Below, one piece after another: positions 1 through 9,219 of a DNA stretch of 35,153 nucleotides. The DNA is taken from positions 1-35,153 of IMG/VR virus record IMGVR_UViG_3300027845_000007. The stretch is one strand, 5' to 3'. The DNA is from a virus. Lineage: Duplodnaviria; Caudoviricetes. Made by a program: the position numbers and the translations under genes. The stretch's first letter is position 1. Every line of letters starts with the position of its first letter. Under the pieces are notes generated by a model that worked only from the letters and a program-made list of their open reading frames with translations, searched no databases and had not been told where the DNA came from.

Positions 1-99
1 CTTTTATCGAGTCGAGGGGCGTCTTTATTGGGACTCTTCGAAAGAATCTTTGATGAGTCGTTTTCCAAAACTCGCCGAACTCGCCGAACCGAAATCCGT
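1..99. repeat. Left copy of 99-bp terminal direct repeat (circular assembly overlap)
   Basis: 1..99 is identical to 35055..35153 (cttttatcga...gaaatccgt). Confidence 0.97.
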
Positions 100-859
100 C
101 ACGTTCATTCCTTCGAAGGTCACGGACAATCAAATCTTATTGAAAAAAGATCCTAGTTATATGGCGAACCTCCTCGCTCAATCCGCCGTTGAAAGGGCGA
201 GACTCCTTGACGGAAATTGGAATATAAGACCGACGGCCGGAAACGTATTCAAACGATTTTGGTTCGAAGAGGTTGAGGCGACTCCTCCTCTCGTTGAGAT
301 TGTTCGTTGTTGGGATCGAGCGGCGACGGAATACAATGAAGGCGACTCGGGCGATCCGGATTATACGGTCGGATTCAAACTCGGGAAAGATGCGAACGGT
401 TTCTTTTATATCCTCGATATAATTCAAGAACGTTTATCGGCCCATAAGGTTGAGGCCTTGATCTTGAACACGGCGAAACAAGACGGAGTCGGAGTCAAGG
501 TCAAAGGATTCCAAGATCCCGGAGGGGCCGGAAAGAATGAGATCGAAAACTTTATTCGATTACTTTCGGGATTTGACGTCGTGTCGGAGAAGATCTCCGT
601 TGATAAGATCACGGCCTCGAAAGGCGCGTCCGCTCAATCGGAGGCCGGAAATATAAAGGTTCTTTCATCGTGTCGCAATAAAGAGGCGTTTTATAATGAG
701 GCGGAAAACTTTCCGGACGCGAATCACGATGATATTATCGACGGATTCACGGGCGCGTTCAATTGCTTGACCGCCGGAAACGTTGGAACTTTTACGGATG
801 ATATGGGACAATATGAAGAAAACGATTCCTTGACGGATTTCGAAACAATGGATTGGTGA
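1..859 (+). CDS. terL: Terminase large subunit, C-terminal part (nuclease domain); continues from 34447 across the join, about 488 aa in total
   Basis: ORF 50..859 is in frame with the ORF from ATG 34447 through the overlap. Motifs ARLLDGNW, WDRAAT, DPDYTVG, QDPGGAGK and FP..NHDDIID are typical of terminase C-terminal nuclease domains. Confidence 0.93.
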   Translation, partial: FYRVEGRLYWDSSKESLMSRFPKLAELAEPKSVTFIPSKVTDNQILLKKDPSYMANLLAQSAVERARLLDGNWNIRPTAGNVFKRFWFEEVEATPPLVEIVRCWDRAATEYNEGDSGDPDYTVGFKLGKDANGFFYILDIIQERLSAHKVEALILNTAKQDGVGVKVKGFQDPGGAGKNEIENFIRLLSGFDVVSEKISVDKITASKGASAQSEAGNIKVLSSCRNKEAFYNEAENFPDANHDDIIDGFTGAFNCLTAGNVGTFTDDMGQYEENDSLTDFETMDW

Positions 860-864
860 TAAAA

Positions 865-3348
865 ATGGGAATACTTGACGGATTATTCGGGAAAGATAAA
901 AGCGAAGAGATTCAAGACGACGACAAGCTCGAAGTAAAAGGCGAGAGCGTGAAAGTCGTTGAGGTCGGTTCTTCGGGGACGGAGATATACGCCGGGAATC
1001 TTCAAGAGGAATATCTCTCGGATCTTCAAGGAACTCGCGCCGCCGATATGTTTGATCGAATGAGGCGTTCCGATCCGAAAGTCAAAATGACGGTTTCCGC
1101 AATGAAGAACCCGATCAATTCGGCCTCATGGGAAATCGCCGGAACCGAAGAGGAAGAGTCCGAACAAGGCGAGAAACAAAGAAAACTTATCGAGCATATT
1201 CTTTTCAATGACTCGGGGAAAACCTGGGATCGCTTTATTCGCGAGGCCCTCTCGATGATCGAGTTCGGTTATTCCCTTTTTGAAGTCACTTATAAAGCTG
1301 AAATAAATCATCCGAATTTCGGAGCATATAACGGGATCAAGTCCCTGGCCTTTCGTTCTCAAAGAACAATTGAGGCCTGGCATATCAAACGTTCGGGAGA
1401 ACTCGATCGAGTTGAACAACAAGCGAACGGAGACGAACAAAAAAACGTCGATATCGCCGCCGAATTTTTACTTCATTTCGCGATTGAAATGGAGGGAGAC
1501 AACTTCGAAGGGATCTCAATTCTCCGTCCGGCGTATGGGCCTTGGTTGAGAAAAAACGAGTTCCTTAAATTACTGGCCGCCGGAGTTGAGAAGTACGCGA
1601 TTCCGATTCCGACTCTTTCCGTTCCGGCCGGGAAAGAACAATCTCAAGAATATAAAAAAGCGAAACAAGCCCTTCAATCATACGTCTCTCATCGTTGTAA
1701 TTATTTGATGATTCCGGCCGGTTGGGATCTTGACTTAACGACGAACACGTTCGACGCGGAAAAGATTCGAAAGGTTATAAACGACGAGAACGTTGAAATC
1801 GTCAACGCCGCTCTCGCGAACTTCCTTGAACTCGGACAATCCGGTTCGGGATCTTATGCGCTCGGAACGGATCTCTCCGACTTTTTCCTTGGAGGCCTGG
1901 AATATATCGCCGATCAAATAACGGACGTCATAAACAACGTATTGATCCCGAAACTTGTCAAACTTAATTTCCCCGATGGGATCGTTCGTTGTGAACTTCG
2001 TCATTCGGGAATAAGGGACAAGGCCGGAGAAGAACTCTCGAAGATCGTGACGGAACTCACGAACGCCGGAGTCATAATCGCCGATGATCGTCTCGAAGAG
2101 TCGATGAGAAAACGATTCAAACTCCCGGAGAGAGAAGAGTCAAGTTCAAGAACTCAAGAACAAGAGGGAGGGATCGTTCCTCCTCCGACGAGTCCGGACA
2201 CGGTTCCCGTTGTTGTTGATCCTGGCCAGGCCGAAGAACCGGAGGACGACGAGGACGTGAAAAAACTCGCGTTGAACGGGGCCCAAGTGACCGCAATTGT
2301 CGCCGTCGTGAAATCATTTAAAGAGGGAGTGATCGACAAATCGAGCGCGACCGAACTTATCACAACGGCCTTTCCAATACCGAGAAACGTTGTCGAGAAG
2401 ATTGTCGGAGAAGAGATCTCGAAAGAAGATCTCGCCGCGATCTCGGAAACACAACTCTCCGAAGATAAGCCGGGAAAGGATAAGGAGGGCGTCGAAGAAC
2501 CTCCGAAAACAAAGATCGACACTCCGAAAGAAGAACCAATCGTTTCAAAGATGATCGGAAAAGAGGCGGTCAATCTCGGGACTCTTTATGAGTCAAACCT
2601 TGATGAAATTCAAACGGAAATGATCGGAGTCGTGACGAAACACTTTAAGACCGCGAGTCCCGAAAAGAAGTTTCAAGTCTCGATTGAAGAACTCTTGAAG
2701 GTTCCTTCAATTGGAAAATATAAAGCTCAAGTAAAAGAACAACTTTCAAAGGCATATAATGACTCGATCAAACAAGCGAAGATCGAGAACCCGGACGAAG
2801 CTCAAAATCAAATGAGTGAGAATGAATATTCCGTCACTCTTTCCGAGAACGAAAAACTCCCGGATATTGCGAAGGCGAGAATCGACTCGGATCTCGCGAA
2901 CGTTGTTGACACTCAAGTTCAAGATCTCGCGAAGGCCGCGTCTCTTCAATATGGAATGAGCGTTGAATCAACCGAAGATCCGGAAGTCCTGGCCTCAAAG
3001 ATAAAAGAGTCAACCGACAAAACAAAGAAAACCGCCGCGACAACCGGGGCGAATATCCAGGCCGCGAAAACCGTGAACGATGCGAGAAGAGATTTTTTCA
3101 ATTCTTTCACGAACGAAGTCGAGTCGTTCACTTGGATCAATCAAGATCCCGTTTCGGATATATGTAAAAGCCTCAACGGCTTGACCTTGAAGGCCGATGA
3201 TCCCGACGTTGCGACGTACTGGCCGCCATTGCATCACAATTGCAAAACGTTCACGGTCGCGAATACGGCGAAAACAAAGGATAATCCGAAACCGGATGAA
3301 AATTATCAACCTTCAAAGACCGCTCTCAAATCAATGAGCATAAAATAA
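865..3348 (+). CDS. Portal protein (DUF935/Mu gp29-like) fused to a C-terminal Mu gpF-like head morphogenesis domain
   Basis: Follows terL. N-terminal ~430 aa have DUF935-type motifs (FGYSLFEV, GISILRPAY, GSYALG). After an acidic Pro-rich linker comes C..LNG....DD....WPPLHHNCKT, typical of Phage_Mu_F. ATG 865 preferred over GTG 853. Confidence 0.85.
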   Translation: MGILDGLFGKDKSEEIQDDDKLEVKGESVKVVEVGSSGTEIYAGNLQEEYLSDLQGTRAADMFDRMRRSDPKVKMTVSAMKNPINSASWEIAGTEEEESEQGEKQRKLIEHILFNDSGKTWDRFIREALSMIEFGYSLFEVTYKAEINHPNFGAYNGIKSLAFRSQRTIEAWHIKRSGELDRVEQQANGDEQKNVDIAAEFLLHFAIEMEGDNFEGISILRPAYGPWLRKNEFLKLLAAGVEKYAIPIPTLSVPAGKEQSQEYKKAKQALQSYVSHRCNYLMIPAGWDLDLTTNTFDAEKIRKVINDENVEIVNAALANFLELGQSGSGSYALGTDLSDFFLGGLEYIADQITDVINNVLIPKLVKLNFPDGIVRCELRHSGIRDKAGEELSKIVTELTNAGVIIADDRLEESMRKRFKLPEREESSSRTQEQEGGIVPPPTSPDTVPVVVDPGQAEEPEDDEDVKKLALNGAQVTAIVAVVKSFKEGVIDKSSATELITTAFPIPRNVVEKIVGEEISKEDLAAISETQLSEDKPGKDKEGVEEPPKTKIDTPKEEPIVSKMIGKEAVNLGTLYESNLDEIQTEMIGVVTKHFKTASPEKKFQVSIEELLKVPSIGKYKAQVKEQLSKAYNDSIKQAKIENPDEAQNQMSENEYSVTLSENEKLPDIAKARIDSDLANVVDTQVQDLAKAASLQYGMSVESTEDPEVLASKIKESTDKTKKTAATTGANIQAAKTVNDARRDFFNSFTNEVESFTWINQDPVSDICKSLNGLTLKADDPDVATYWPPLHHNCKTFTVANTAKTKDNPKPDENYQPSKTALKSMSIK

Positions 3349-3386
3349 GGGAATAAAGTTTGAGGGATTTATTGTCGATACTTGAC

Positions 3387-3415
3387 TTGAATCCCTTTTA
3401 AAAAGAAAATAGATT
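3387..3415 (+). promoter_or_regulatory. Putative sigma70-type promoter for head genes
   Basis: TTGAAT(3387-3392)-17 nt-TAGATT(3410-3415) in the intergenic gap before the protease gene. Confidence 0.5.
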
Positions 3416-3437
3416 ATACGGACAAGGAAAAAAACTT

Positions 3438-4502
3438 ATGGACAAGAAAACATTCCGAACGGTTCCTCTCTCGATTCAATTCAAAGAGGGAAACACCGTC
3501 GAAGAGATCCCGACTCGCGTTCAACTTATGAGAACGGGAACGTTCTTCGATAAACGCTATGGAAAGATTGACGTCGTCGAAGATCATTTCAATAATATGA
3601 TAAAACAATTTCAAGAGGGAGTTCGAGGAATCGAACTTATGATTGATTATAAACACGACTCCGACGCGGAGGCGGCCGGTTGGATAAAAGGACTTGAAGT
3701 CATTCAAGAACAATTATCGGAAGGCAACGCGGACGAGGGAATCGAACCGAGAATTGAATCTCAATTATGGGCCGATATTAGTTGGACACCGGAAGGCGCG
3801 AAGAAACTCGCCGATCGTGAGTTCGCTTATCTTTCGGCCGACTTCGATCCCGATTATCGCGACAACGAAAATCCCGAGGTAAGTTTTGGACACGTCCTTT
3901 TAGGCGCGGCTTTAACAAACCGGCCCGTAATAAAAAGGATGAGTCCGGCCATTCAATTGAGTGAAAACGAATCATCAATAACCAACAAGGAGAATATTTT
4001 GAAAACAAATGAAGTGAAACTCTCCGAGCTTGAAACGGAGAACAAGGAAATGAGTGATTCACTCGCGAAAGTCGAAGGCCTTATGAAAGACCTGGGACTT
4101 GAGTCGATTGAAGATCTTATGAAAATGATCTCGGATTTGAGAGCGGAAAACGAAACAATGAATGAGGAAAAAGAATTGAGCGAAAAGAAAACTCAACTTG
4201 ATTCTCTTTTAAAAGACGGAAAGATCAACGCCGCTCAACACGAAGGCGCGTTGAAACTTTCAAGTGACGAGTTCAAAGGTTTTCTTTCAATGGCGAAAGT
4301 CGGAGAAAAAGCCGTGAAACTTTCCGAAACCGGAAACAATGAAACTCCGAGCGAAGAAAACAAAGAAGAGGACGTTCAAGATCAAGTGATTTCATTATCT
4401 GAAAAGAAAATGAAAGACAATGAGGGAATGACTTTTTCGGAGGCCACGGCCGAAGTTCTCAACGAGAACAAAGAACTAGCTAAAAAATATAGCGAAATCT
4501 AA
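3438..4502 (+). CDS. Mu-like prohead protease (gpI) with C-terminal scaffold region
   Basis: IDYKH, AAGWI, WTPEG, YLSADF and GAALTNRP match Mu-like protease motifs; charged helical C-terminus. Confidence 0.88.
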   Translation: MDKKTFRTVPLSIQFKEGNTVEEIPTRVQLMRTGTFFDKRYGKIDVVEDHFNNMIKQFQEGVRGIELMIDYKHDSDAEAAGWIKGLEVIQEQLSEGNADEGIEPRIESQLWADISWTPEGAKKLADREFAYLSADFDPDYRDNENPEVSFGHVLLGAALTNRPVIKRMSPAIQLSENESSITNKENILKTNEVKLSELETENKEMSDSLAKVEGLMKDLGLESIEDLMKMISDLRAENETMNEEKELSEKKTQLDSLLKDGKINAAQHEGALKLSSDEFKGFLSMAKVGEKAVKLSETGNNETPSEENKEEDVQDQVISLSEKKMKDNEGMTFSEATAEVLNENKELAKKYSEI

Positions 4503-4513
4503 GGAGGATTTTT

Positions 4514-4879
4514 ATGAGTTCATATAAGACACCGGAAATTTTTACTTATGAGGCCGACGGCGTGATCGCTATTGGATCTCAATTTCATCTTGCAAAATTC
4601 GGATCGAAAGACGATTCAATTGTTCTAAGTGATGCGGACGCGAAGGCGATCGGCGTGATTATGAGCGAAGTTTGCGGAGTTGACGGAGAACAACTTGAAG
4701 TCGCGGGGCCTAACGGCGGCGCGGTTGTAAAAGTTGCGGCGGCCATTGCGGCCGGAGAATACTTTAAAAGTGATGCGGCCGGAAAAGCCGTTGTTGCGGC
4801 CGATCGCGCGAGTGCGCTCGGACAAATCGACGAGAGCGCGACGGCGGCCGATCAGGTTGTTGCTTGTGTTTTATTCTAA
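4514..4879 (+). CDS. Head decoration/cement protein (DUF2190-like)
   Basis: 121-aa Ala/Gly/Val-rich protein with AAIAAGE..KSDAAGKAV, between protease and capsid genes; RBS AAGGAGG. Confidence 0.7.
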   Translation: MSSYKTPEIFTYEADGVIAIGSQFHLAKFGSKDDSIVLSDADAKAIGVIMSEVCGVDGEQLEVAGPNGGAVVKVAAAIAAGEYFKSDAAGKAVVAADRASALGQIDESATAADQVVACVLF

Positions 4880-4894
4880 TTAAGGAGAATTAAA

Positions 4895-5830
4895 ATGGCT
4901 CAAATGAAAGCAATTGTTGATAAGTTATTGACGAACGTTTCGAATATGTATTCCCCAACGGGTTATATTTCGGAAACCGCGCTCCCGACTTTAAGCGTGA
5001 AACAAAAAACCGGGAAAATTGGAAAGTACGGAAACAACCATATTCGTTTGGTAAACGCGAAAATGGGCGGACGAGGAAAGGCGAGAAGATTCGAACCTAT
5101 CATTCGCGATTCGGAACTTTATTCAATCGAATCTCACGGACTCGAAGGAACGGTCACGGAGGACGATTATTCAAACGTTGAGGAACCGTTCAGCGCGGAG
5201 AGCGATGAAACAAACGGATTGACTTCGACTTTATGGACGGGGAAAGAACACGCCTTCGCGGCGGCCATAACCGATCCGGCGTTGATTACTCAAAACGTTG
5301 ATATCGTTGCTCCGGCGGATAAGTTCACGGATTATACGAACTCGAAACCTCTTGAAGTTTTCAGAGACGCTCAAGACGCCGTTCTTGACGGTTGTGGTGT
5401 TATGCCAAACCGAGCGATTATCTCTCAAAAAATGTTCAATGTTTTGAAATATCATCCGTCAATTCTTAGAACCCTGGGATATTCGGACAACCGCGCCGGG
5501 ACTCTTCAATTGAGTGAAATCGCTCATGCGATGGGCGTTGATATTTTACACGTTGGGGACGCGTCTTATAATGCGTCTAAATTGGGAGAGGCGGACGCTC
5601 TCACTCAATTATGGGGAAATGATATTGTATATTATCACGCTCCAAAAACGGCGGCGAAATATCAAACTTGTTTCGGTTATTACATGGTTCTTAAAGGAAA
5701 AGGATCGAGAAGAGTTTTCAAGTATAATGCGAACAATCCTCCGGGATCAAAAAACATTATAGTTCAAGATGATTGGGCCTTTGCAATAACAAACGCGAAG
5801 TGCGCTTATCTTATTCAAAACGCTATCTAG
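4895..5830 (+). CDS. Major capsid protein
   Basis: 311 aa, expected position, VDKLLTNVS N-terminus, G.MPNRAII..K.F.VLK.HP and C-terminal AYLIQNAI as in HK97-fold capsids; strong RBS and downstream terminator. Confidence 0.85.
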   Translation: MAQMKAIVDKLLTNVSNMYSPTGYISETALPTLSVKQKTGKIGKYGNNHIRLVNAKMGGRGKARRFEPIIRDSELYSIESHGLEGTVTEDDYSNVEEPFSAESDETNGLTSTLWTGKEHAFAAAITDPALITQNVDIVAPADKFTDYTNSKPLEVFRDAQDAVLDGCGVMPNRAIISQKMFNVLKYHPSILRTLGYSDNRAGTLQLSEIAHAMGVDILHVGDASYNASKLGEADALTQLWGNDIVYYHAPKTAAKYQTCFGYYMVLKGKGSRRVFKYNANNPPGSKNIIVQDDWAFAITNAKCAYLIQNAI

Positions 5831-5837
5831 TAAAATC

Positions 5838-5860
5838 AAGGGGCCTTCGGGCCTCTTTTA
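5838..5860 (+). terminator. Intrinsic terminator after the capsid gene
   Basis: AAGGGGCC-TTCG-GGCCTCTT-TTA hairpin with cUUCGg tetraloop. Confidence 0.75.
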
Positions 5861-5872
5861 AACGAGGTCAAA

Positions 5873-6100
5873 ATGTTTGGAAAAGAAGATAAAAAAGAAG
5901 AGAAAAAACCCGTTGATAAGGCGGTTGAAAAAGCTGAAAAAAAAGTGACAAAAAAAGCTCCGGCGAAAACGTCGAGTTCAAGCGATAAGATCGCGAAGTC
6001 CGCTTTTTATTTCGGCGGAAAACACTTCAAAACGGGCGACGTTGTTGATCTTGGAAAAGAAGATCTTTCGTTCCTTGAAGAAAAAGGAAAACTTAAATGA
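5873..6100 (+). CDS. Small Lys-rich head-associated protein
   Basis: RBS GAGG; C-terminal GKHFKTGDVVDL...L...G pattern common in genes following capsid genes; ATGA overlap with next gene. Confidence 0.65.
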   Translation: MFGKEDKKEEKKPVDKAVEKAEKKVTKKAPAKTSSSSDKIAKSAFYFGGKHFKTGDVVDLGKEDLSFLEEKGKLK

Positions 6101-6546
6101 GTTATTGTTCGGTTGATGATATCTCCTCCGACTTCAAAGATATCGTAATTTCAACAACGTCCTCCGTGACGATTGAAGAGGTTGAGAAGTTTATTGATGA
6201 GGAAACCGCGTTCATTGATTCGATGATTTGTTCTCGATATCAAGTCCCGGTTGTTGAGCTTGATTCGCCGAACGCCTTCCTTGTCTTGAAACGTATATGT
6301 ATTTTTCTCGTTTCGGATCGTGTTCGTCACGTCCTTTATGTAAAAACCGGGAGAGACGCGAGTGATCAAGACACGAAGGGACTCCGCTCCTTATCACGTC
6401 AACCGAGAAGAGATCTCGAGGCGATAAGGGATAATAAGTCAAAACTCGGGGACGCGATCGCCCTCGAGGAGTGTATTGGTTTCGACGTTGGAACCGATCA
6501 AACTTGTTCGGATATGAGATTCAATCCGAATAAACAACAATGGTGA
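6097..6546 (+). CDS. Head-tail adaptor (Mu gp36/DUF1320-like)
   Basis: MSYCSVDD start, IDS.I.SRYQVP, LKRIC and L.AI...K..LG pattern; synteny. Confidence 0.75.
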   Translation: MSYCSVDDISSDFKDIVISTTSSVTIEEVEKFIDEETAFIDSMICSRYQVPVVELDSPNAFLVLKRICIFLVSDRVRHVLYVKTGRDASDQDTKGLRSLSRQPRRDLEAIRDNKSKLGDAIALEECIGFDVGTDQTCSDMRFNPNKQQW

Positions 6547-6550
6547 GAGA

Positions 6551-7171
6551 ATGAGTCAAGGGCCCCTGGGTTTTATATCTTATGAAGTCGAAAACGACAC
6601 GGAGTTCGCGAAGGCATTGGGCCGCGCCGCTCGAAAGATATCAAATCTCACGGTTCCTTTAAATCAAATCGGGAACGATTTTCGAAAGTCTCGAAAGGCG
6701 ATTTTCGCTCTCACGTCGGCCGGACAATATCCGGATCTTTCGACAAGACCTCTCCGCGTTTGGTGGGAACCGCCGGAGACTCAACTCAATGGTTTTTATC
6801 CGGGAGGATATAAAGAGTTGAAAGAGGCGAAATATGGTTTCGCTTATCCCATCTTAAAGGCGACGGGAGAACTTGAAGATTCCGTCATAAATAAATCGAA
6901 TCAATATAATATAAATGAAATCAATATTGATGAGGCGAAATTCGGGACTTCGATTCCTTATGGCGTTTATCATCAAGAGGGGACAAAGAATATCCCGATG
7001 AGGAAATTCTTGTTCATAGGGCCCGAGGCCCCAAGGTTCGCGAAGGGCGACGCCTTGAAAGGATTCCCGGAGAGGGCGTTGAAAACTCTTGAAGTTTATG
7101 TTCTTCGTCAAACCGGACAATCAATCGAAGAGGCGACGGGCGTGAAACCTGGCCTCAAAGGAGACAAATAA
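6551..7171 (+). CDS. Virion morphogenesis/neck protein (Mu gpG-like)
   Basis: IL..TGEL..S, FGTSIPYGVYHQEGT and IPMRKFL motifs. Confidence 0.8.
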   Translation: MSQGPLGFISYEVENDTEFAKALGRAARKISNLTVPLNQIGNDFRKSRKAIFALTSAGQYPDLSTRPLRVWWEPPETQLNGFYPGGYKELKEAKYGFAYPILKATGELEDSVINKSNQYNINEINIDEAKFGTSIPYGVYHQEGTKNIPMRKFLFIGPEAPRFAKGDALKGFPERALKTLEVYVLRQTGQSIEEATGVKPGLKGDK

Positions 7172-7656
7172 TGATATATATTGAGGACGTTCTCAATCAA
7201 GCGATTTGTCTTGTCAAAGATAATATAAACGACGAACTCACGAAGATCGACGTCGAGCGCGCCGGAGAAACAAATCCAATCACAATGAAACCAATCGACA
7301 CGGAGAACGGGATTGTCTTTCAATCGTTGAACAATCTCCCCGTCAACTTCGATCCGATTTTATATTATGGAGTTGATCAAGTTGAAACCGATCCCATTGA
7401 GTCCGCTCAAGGGGAAACGTGGTCAATGGAGTTCTCAATCATTCTTTCCGATCCTCAAGATAGGACGGCGGAAAAAAGAGTTCTTCGATATCAACGAGCA
7501 TTGAAAAGTATTTTTTTAAACAACTATATAAAGTTAAACAATATGAGACAAAAAGTGAGAGTGCGATCATTGAACCCGGTCGCGTTCACTCTCCCTAATG
7601 CCTCAATTGAGTTTCGGGCAATCGGGATATTAGTCGAAACAACTTTATTTCAATAA
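7171..7656 (+). CDS. Putative tail terminator/completion protein
   Basis: 161 aa, directly upstream of the tail tube gene; TAATG coupling; call rests on synteny. Confidence 0.6.
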   Translation: MIYIEDVLNQAICLVKDNINDELTKIDVERAGETNPITMKPIDTENGIVFQSLNNLPVNFDPILYYGVDQVETDPIESAQGETWSMEFSIILSDPQDRTAEKRVLRYQRALKSIFLNNYIKLNNMRQKVRVRSLNPVAFTLPNASIEFRAIGILVETTLFQ

Positions 7657-7672
7657 CTAAGGAGAGTGAAAA

Positions 7673-8590
7673 ATGAGTTTATCGAATCCAAGAATCTTTT
7701 TTGGTGTTCACTCCTTCACAGCTTATTGTCGAGACTCGGGCCTTCCTTATGGAACCGCCTTGGTGATCGGACAATCGGGATTTAGTTTATCGGGAGAACT
7801 TGCGAGTTTGAACGGTGGATCGAATAAGTACCCGTGGGCGGTTGAGGAAACGAATATCACGGCGGAACTTTCCGTCACAATTAAACAATACGAAGATTGG
7901 ATGATGCAATTGTTTCTCGGTAAAAAACCGACGGAAGGAACGCCATCAACAACCGGAACGTCAACGGCGTTGTCAAACAAGAAGGGTTCTCTTGTTGATG
8001 CAACAACCGGGATCGCATCGGTTGGGATCAAATCCGGTTCGGAGGCCGATCTTAAATTTTCGAAGTACGTCGTAAAAGTTCACGACAAATCTCTTGATCA
8101 AGTTCACGTTTATGCAAAATCAAACGTTGACTTCGCGAGAGGAGTTGACGCCGATTATCAAGACAACCTCTTGAGAATCACGAACACTCCTTTGACAATC
8201 ACGGACGGCGGCGTCGTTGAGATTGTTGGTTTCGGCCTGGAGTTGACGGGCGGTTCGGCGGTTGATCTTGACACTCTTTCGAACGACGGAGACACGGCCG
8301 AATTTGAAGTATTGCCTCCGGACAATAAGTCAATGAGCGCGGTTTTCGGTGGTTCGGCGGACGTATTCCCGGAGTTCGGGGCGATCGTTGTTGGACAACA
8401 AAGAGGAAACGGGGAAATGGTTGAGCTTGATATCTTTCGTCTTAAGGCCGTCGGCCTTCCGATGGGATTCCAAGAAAAAGCATTTTCCGAGGCCGAAATC
8501 ACGGCCCAAGCGTTTTACGATGCTGAAAAGAACGGCGTATTCTCAATGAGACACGTCTCTCCAATCTCATCGGGATCGGGCGATTGTTAA
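7673..8590 (+). CDS. Major tail tube protein, probably with an inserted central domain
   Basis: 305-aa beta-rich protein with strong RBS, followed by a terminator and then chaperone and tape measure genes; no sheath gene present. Confidence 0.72.
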   Translation: MSLSNPRIFFGVHSFTAYCRDSGLPYGTALVIGQSGFSLSGELASLNGGSNKYPWAVEETNITAELSVTIKQYEDWMMQLFLGKKPTEGTPSTTGTSTALSNKKGSLVDATTGIASVGIKSGSEADLKFSKYVVKVHDKSLDQVHVYAKSNVDFARGVDADYQDNLLRITNTPLTITDGGVVEIVGFGLELTGGSAVDLDTLSNDGDTAEFEVLPPDNKSMSAVFGGSADVFPEFGAIVVGQQRGNGEMVELDIFRLKAVGLPMGFQEKAFSEAEITAQAFYDAEKNGVFSMRHVSPISSGSGDC

Positions 8591-8610
8591 ATTGTCAATG
8601 AAATTTGAAT

Positions 8611-8644
8611 AAAAGAGAGGGCCTTGAATAAGGCCCTTTTTTTT
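8611..8644 (+). terminator. Intrinsic terminator, possibly bidirectional
   Basis: AGGGCCTT-GAAT-AAGGCCCT followed by a T run; A-rich on the 5' side. Confidence 0.85.
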
Positions 8645-8695
8645 GAGACAATTTGAAAGTGTGATTGAATGACACGAAGTCGCCTCTCACGTCTT

Positions 8696-8735
8696 TAAGA
8701 CAACGGGGAAAGGTCGAAAGGCCTCCCCGTTCTTA
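8696..8735. other. Long hairpin with GAAA tetraloop (terminator or small structured RNA)
   Basis: TAAG(AC)AACGGGG(AA)AGGTC-GAAA-GGCCT-CCCCGTT-CTTA; abuts the stop of the - strand ORF 8733..8987. Confidence 0.6.
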
Positions 8736-8987
8736 TCTTTTCCCTTTCCCTTTTTTATAATTCTTTTTAGTGAAAAACATTTCGTCGCAACGGAGACAAC
8801 GAAGATCGGATCTCTTTCCGAGAACTTGTCGATAGGTCTTATTGTACTTAAACGGGCCCCATGATTCCCAGGATTCAAGGACTCGAGGGAAAGAGTGTCC
8901 TCGATATACGAGAGCGCATAAGGCGCGTTTGAATAACGTTCCCCAATTAGTGAGGGATTCTCTTTTTTTCACGGAGAGTTGACTCAT
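8733..8987 (-). CDS. Small basic putative Zn-binding protein (DUF1660-like C..GH..CxxC)
   Basis: ATGA overlap with the RHH gene stop; pattern LCAL..RGH.F...CLRCD. Confidence 0.55.
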   Translation of the reverse strand: MSQLSVKKRESLTNWGTLFKRALCALVYRGHSFPRVLESWESWGPFKYNKTYRQVLGKRSDLRCLRCDEMFFTKKNYKKGKGKR

Positions 8988-9148
8988 TTTTTCTTTTTCC
9001 TTATCCCGAATACAAGTCCGAGAACCGTTTCGCGAATAAAGTCGGAAACGTTTCCTTTGTGGCCAGGCCTGGCCTTGATTTTTATTTTATTGAACTCCTC
9101 TTCGCTCACTCGAAATTCAATTCTCTTTGTCTTTTTCTTATCTTTCAT
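8984..9148 (-). CDS. Ribbon-helix-helix DNA-binding protein (MobC/CopG-like), 54 aa
   Basis: KTKRIEFRVSEEEF..IK.KA.....NVSDFIRE is a typical RHH pattern; ATG at 9148. Confidence 0.8.
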   Translation of the reverse strand: MKDKKKTKRIEFRVSEEEFNKIKIKARPGHKGNVSDFIRETVLGLVFGIRKKKK

Positions 9149-9219
9149 ACTATTATTGTACGGACAAGAAAACATTTCGGAAAGATTTTTCTCATCCGAT
9201 AAGATACAATGGAGATATT
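9149..9219. promoter_or_regulatory. Divergent promoter region between the RHH gene and the tail chaperone gene
   Basis: TACAAT on the - strand (9155-9160), 6 nt before the RHH ATG; TACAAT on the + strand (9205-9210); TACGGACAAG motif between them. Confidence 0.5.

Noticed and set aside
68-89. Short tandem duplications (LAE-LAE here, also near 21072 and 18985-19030)
   Set aside because: These are in-frame low-complexity coding repeats with no sign of a separate function.
8645-8760. Known riboswitch or ribozyme (c-di-GMP-I, hammerhead)
   Set aside because: Only a GAAA-capped stem is shared, and the conserved core sequences were not found.
8984-9148. RHH gene as evidence of a conjugative mobilisation module
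   Set aside because: No relaxase, oriT or coupling protein was recognised, so a regulatory role is more plausible.
9127-9219. N-terminal extension of the chaperone ORF containing DKKTFR, like the protease N-terminus
   Set aside because: The similarity reflects a DNA repeat in the promoter region; the RBS supports the start at 9220.
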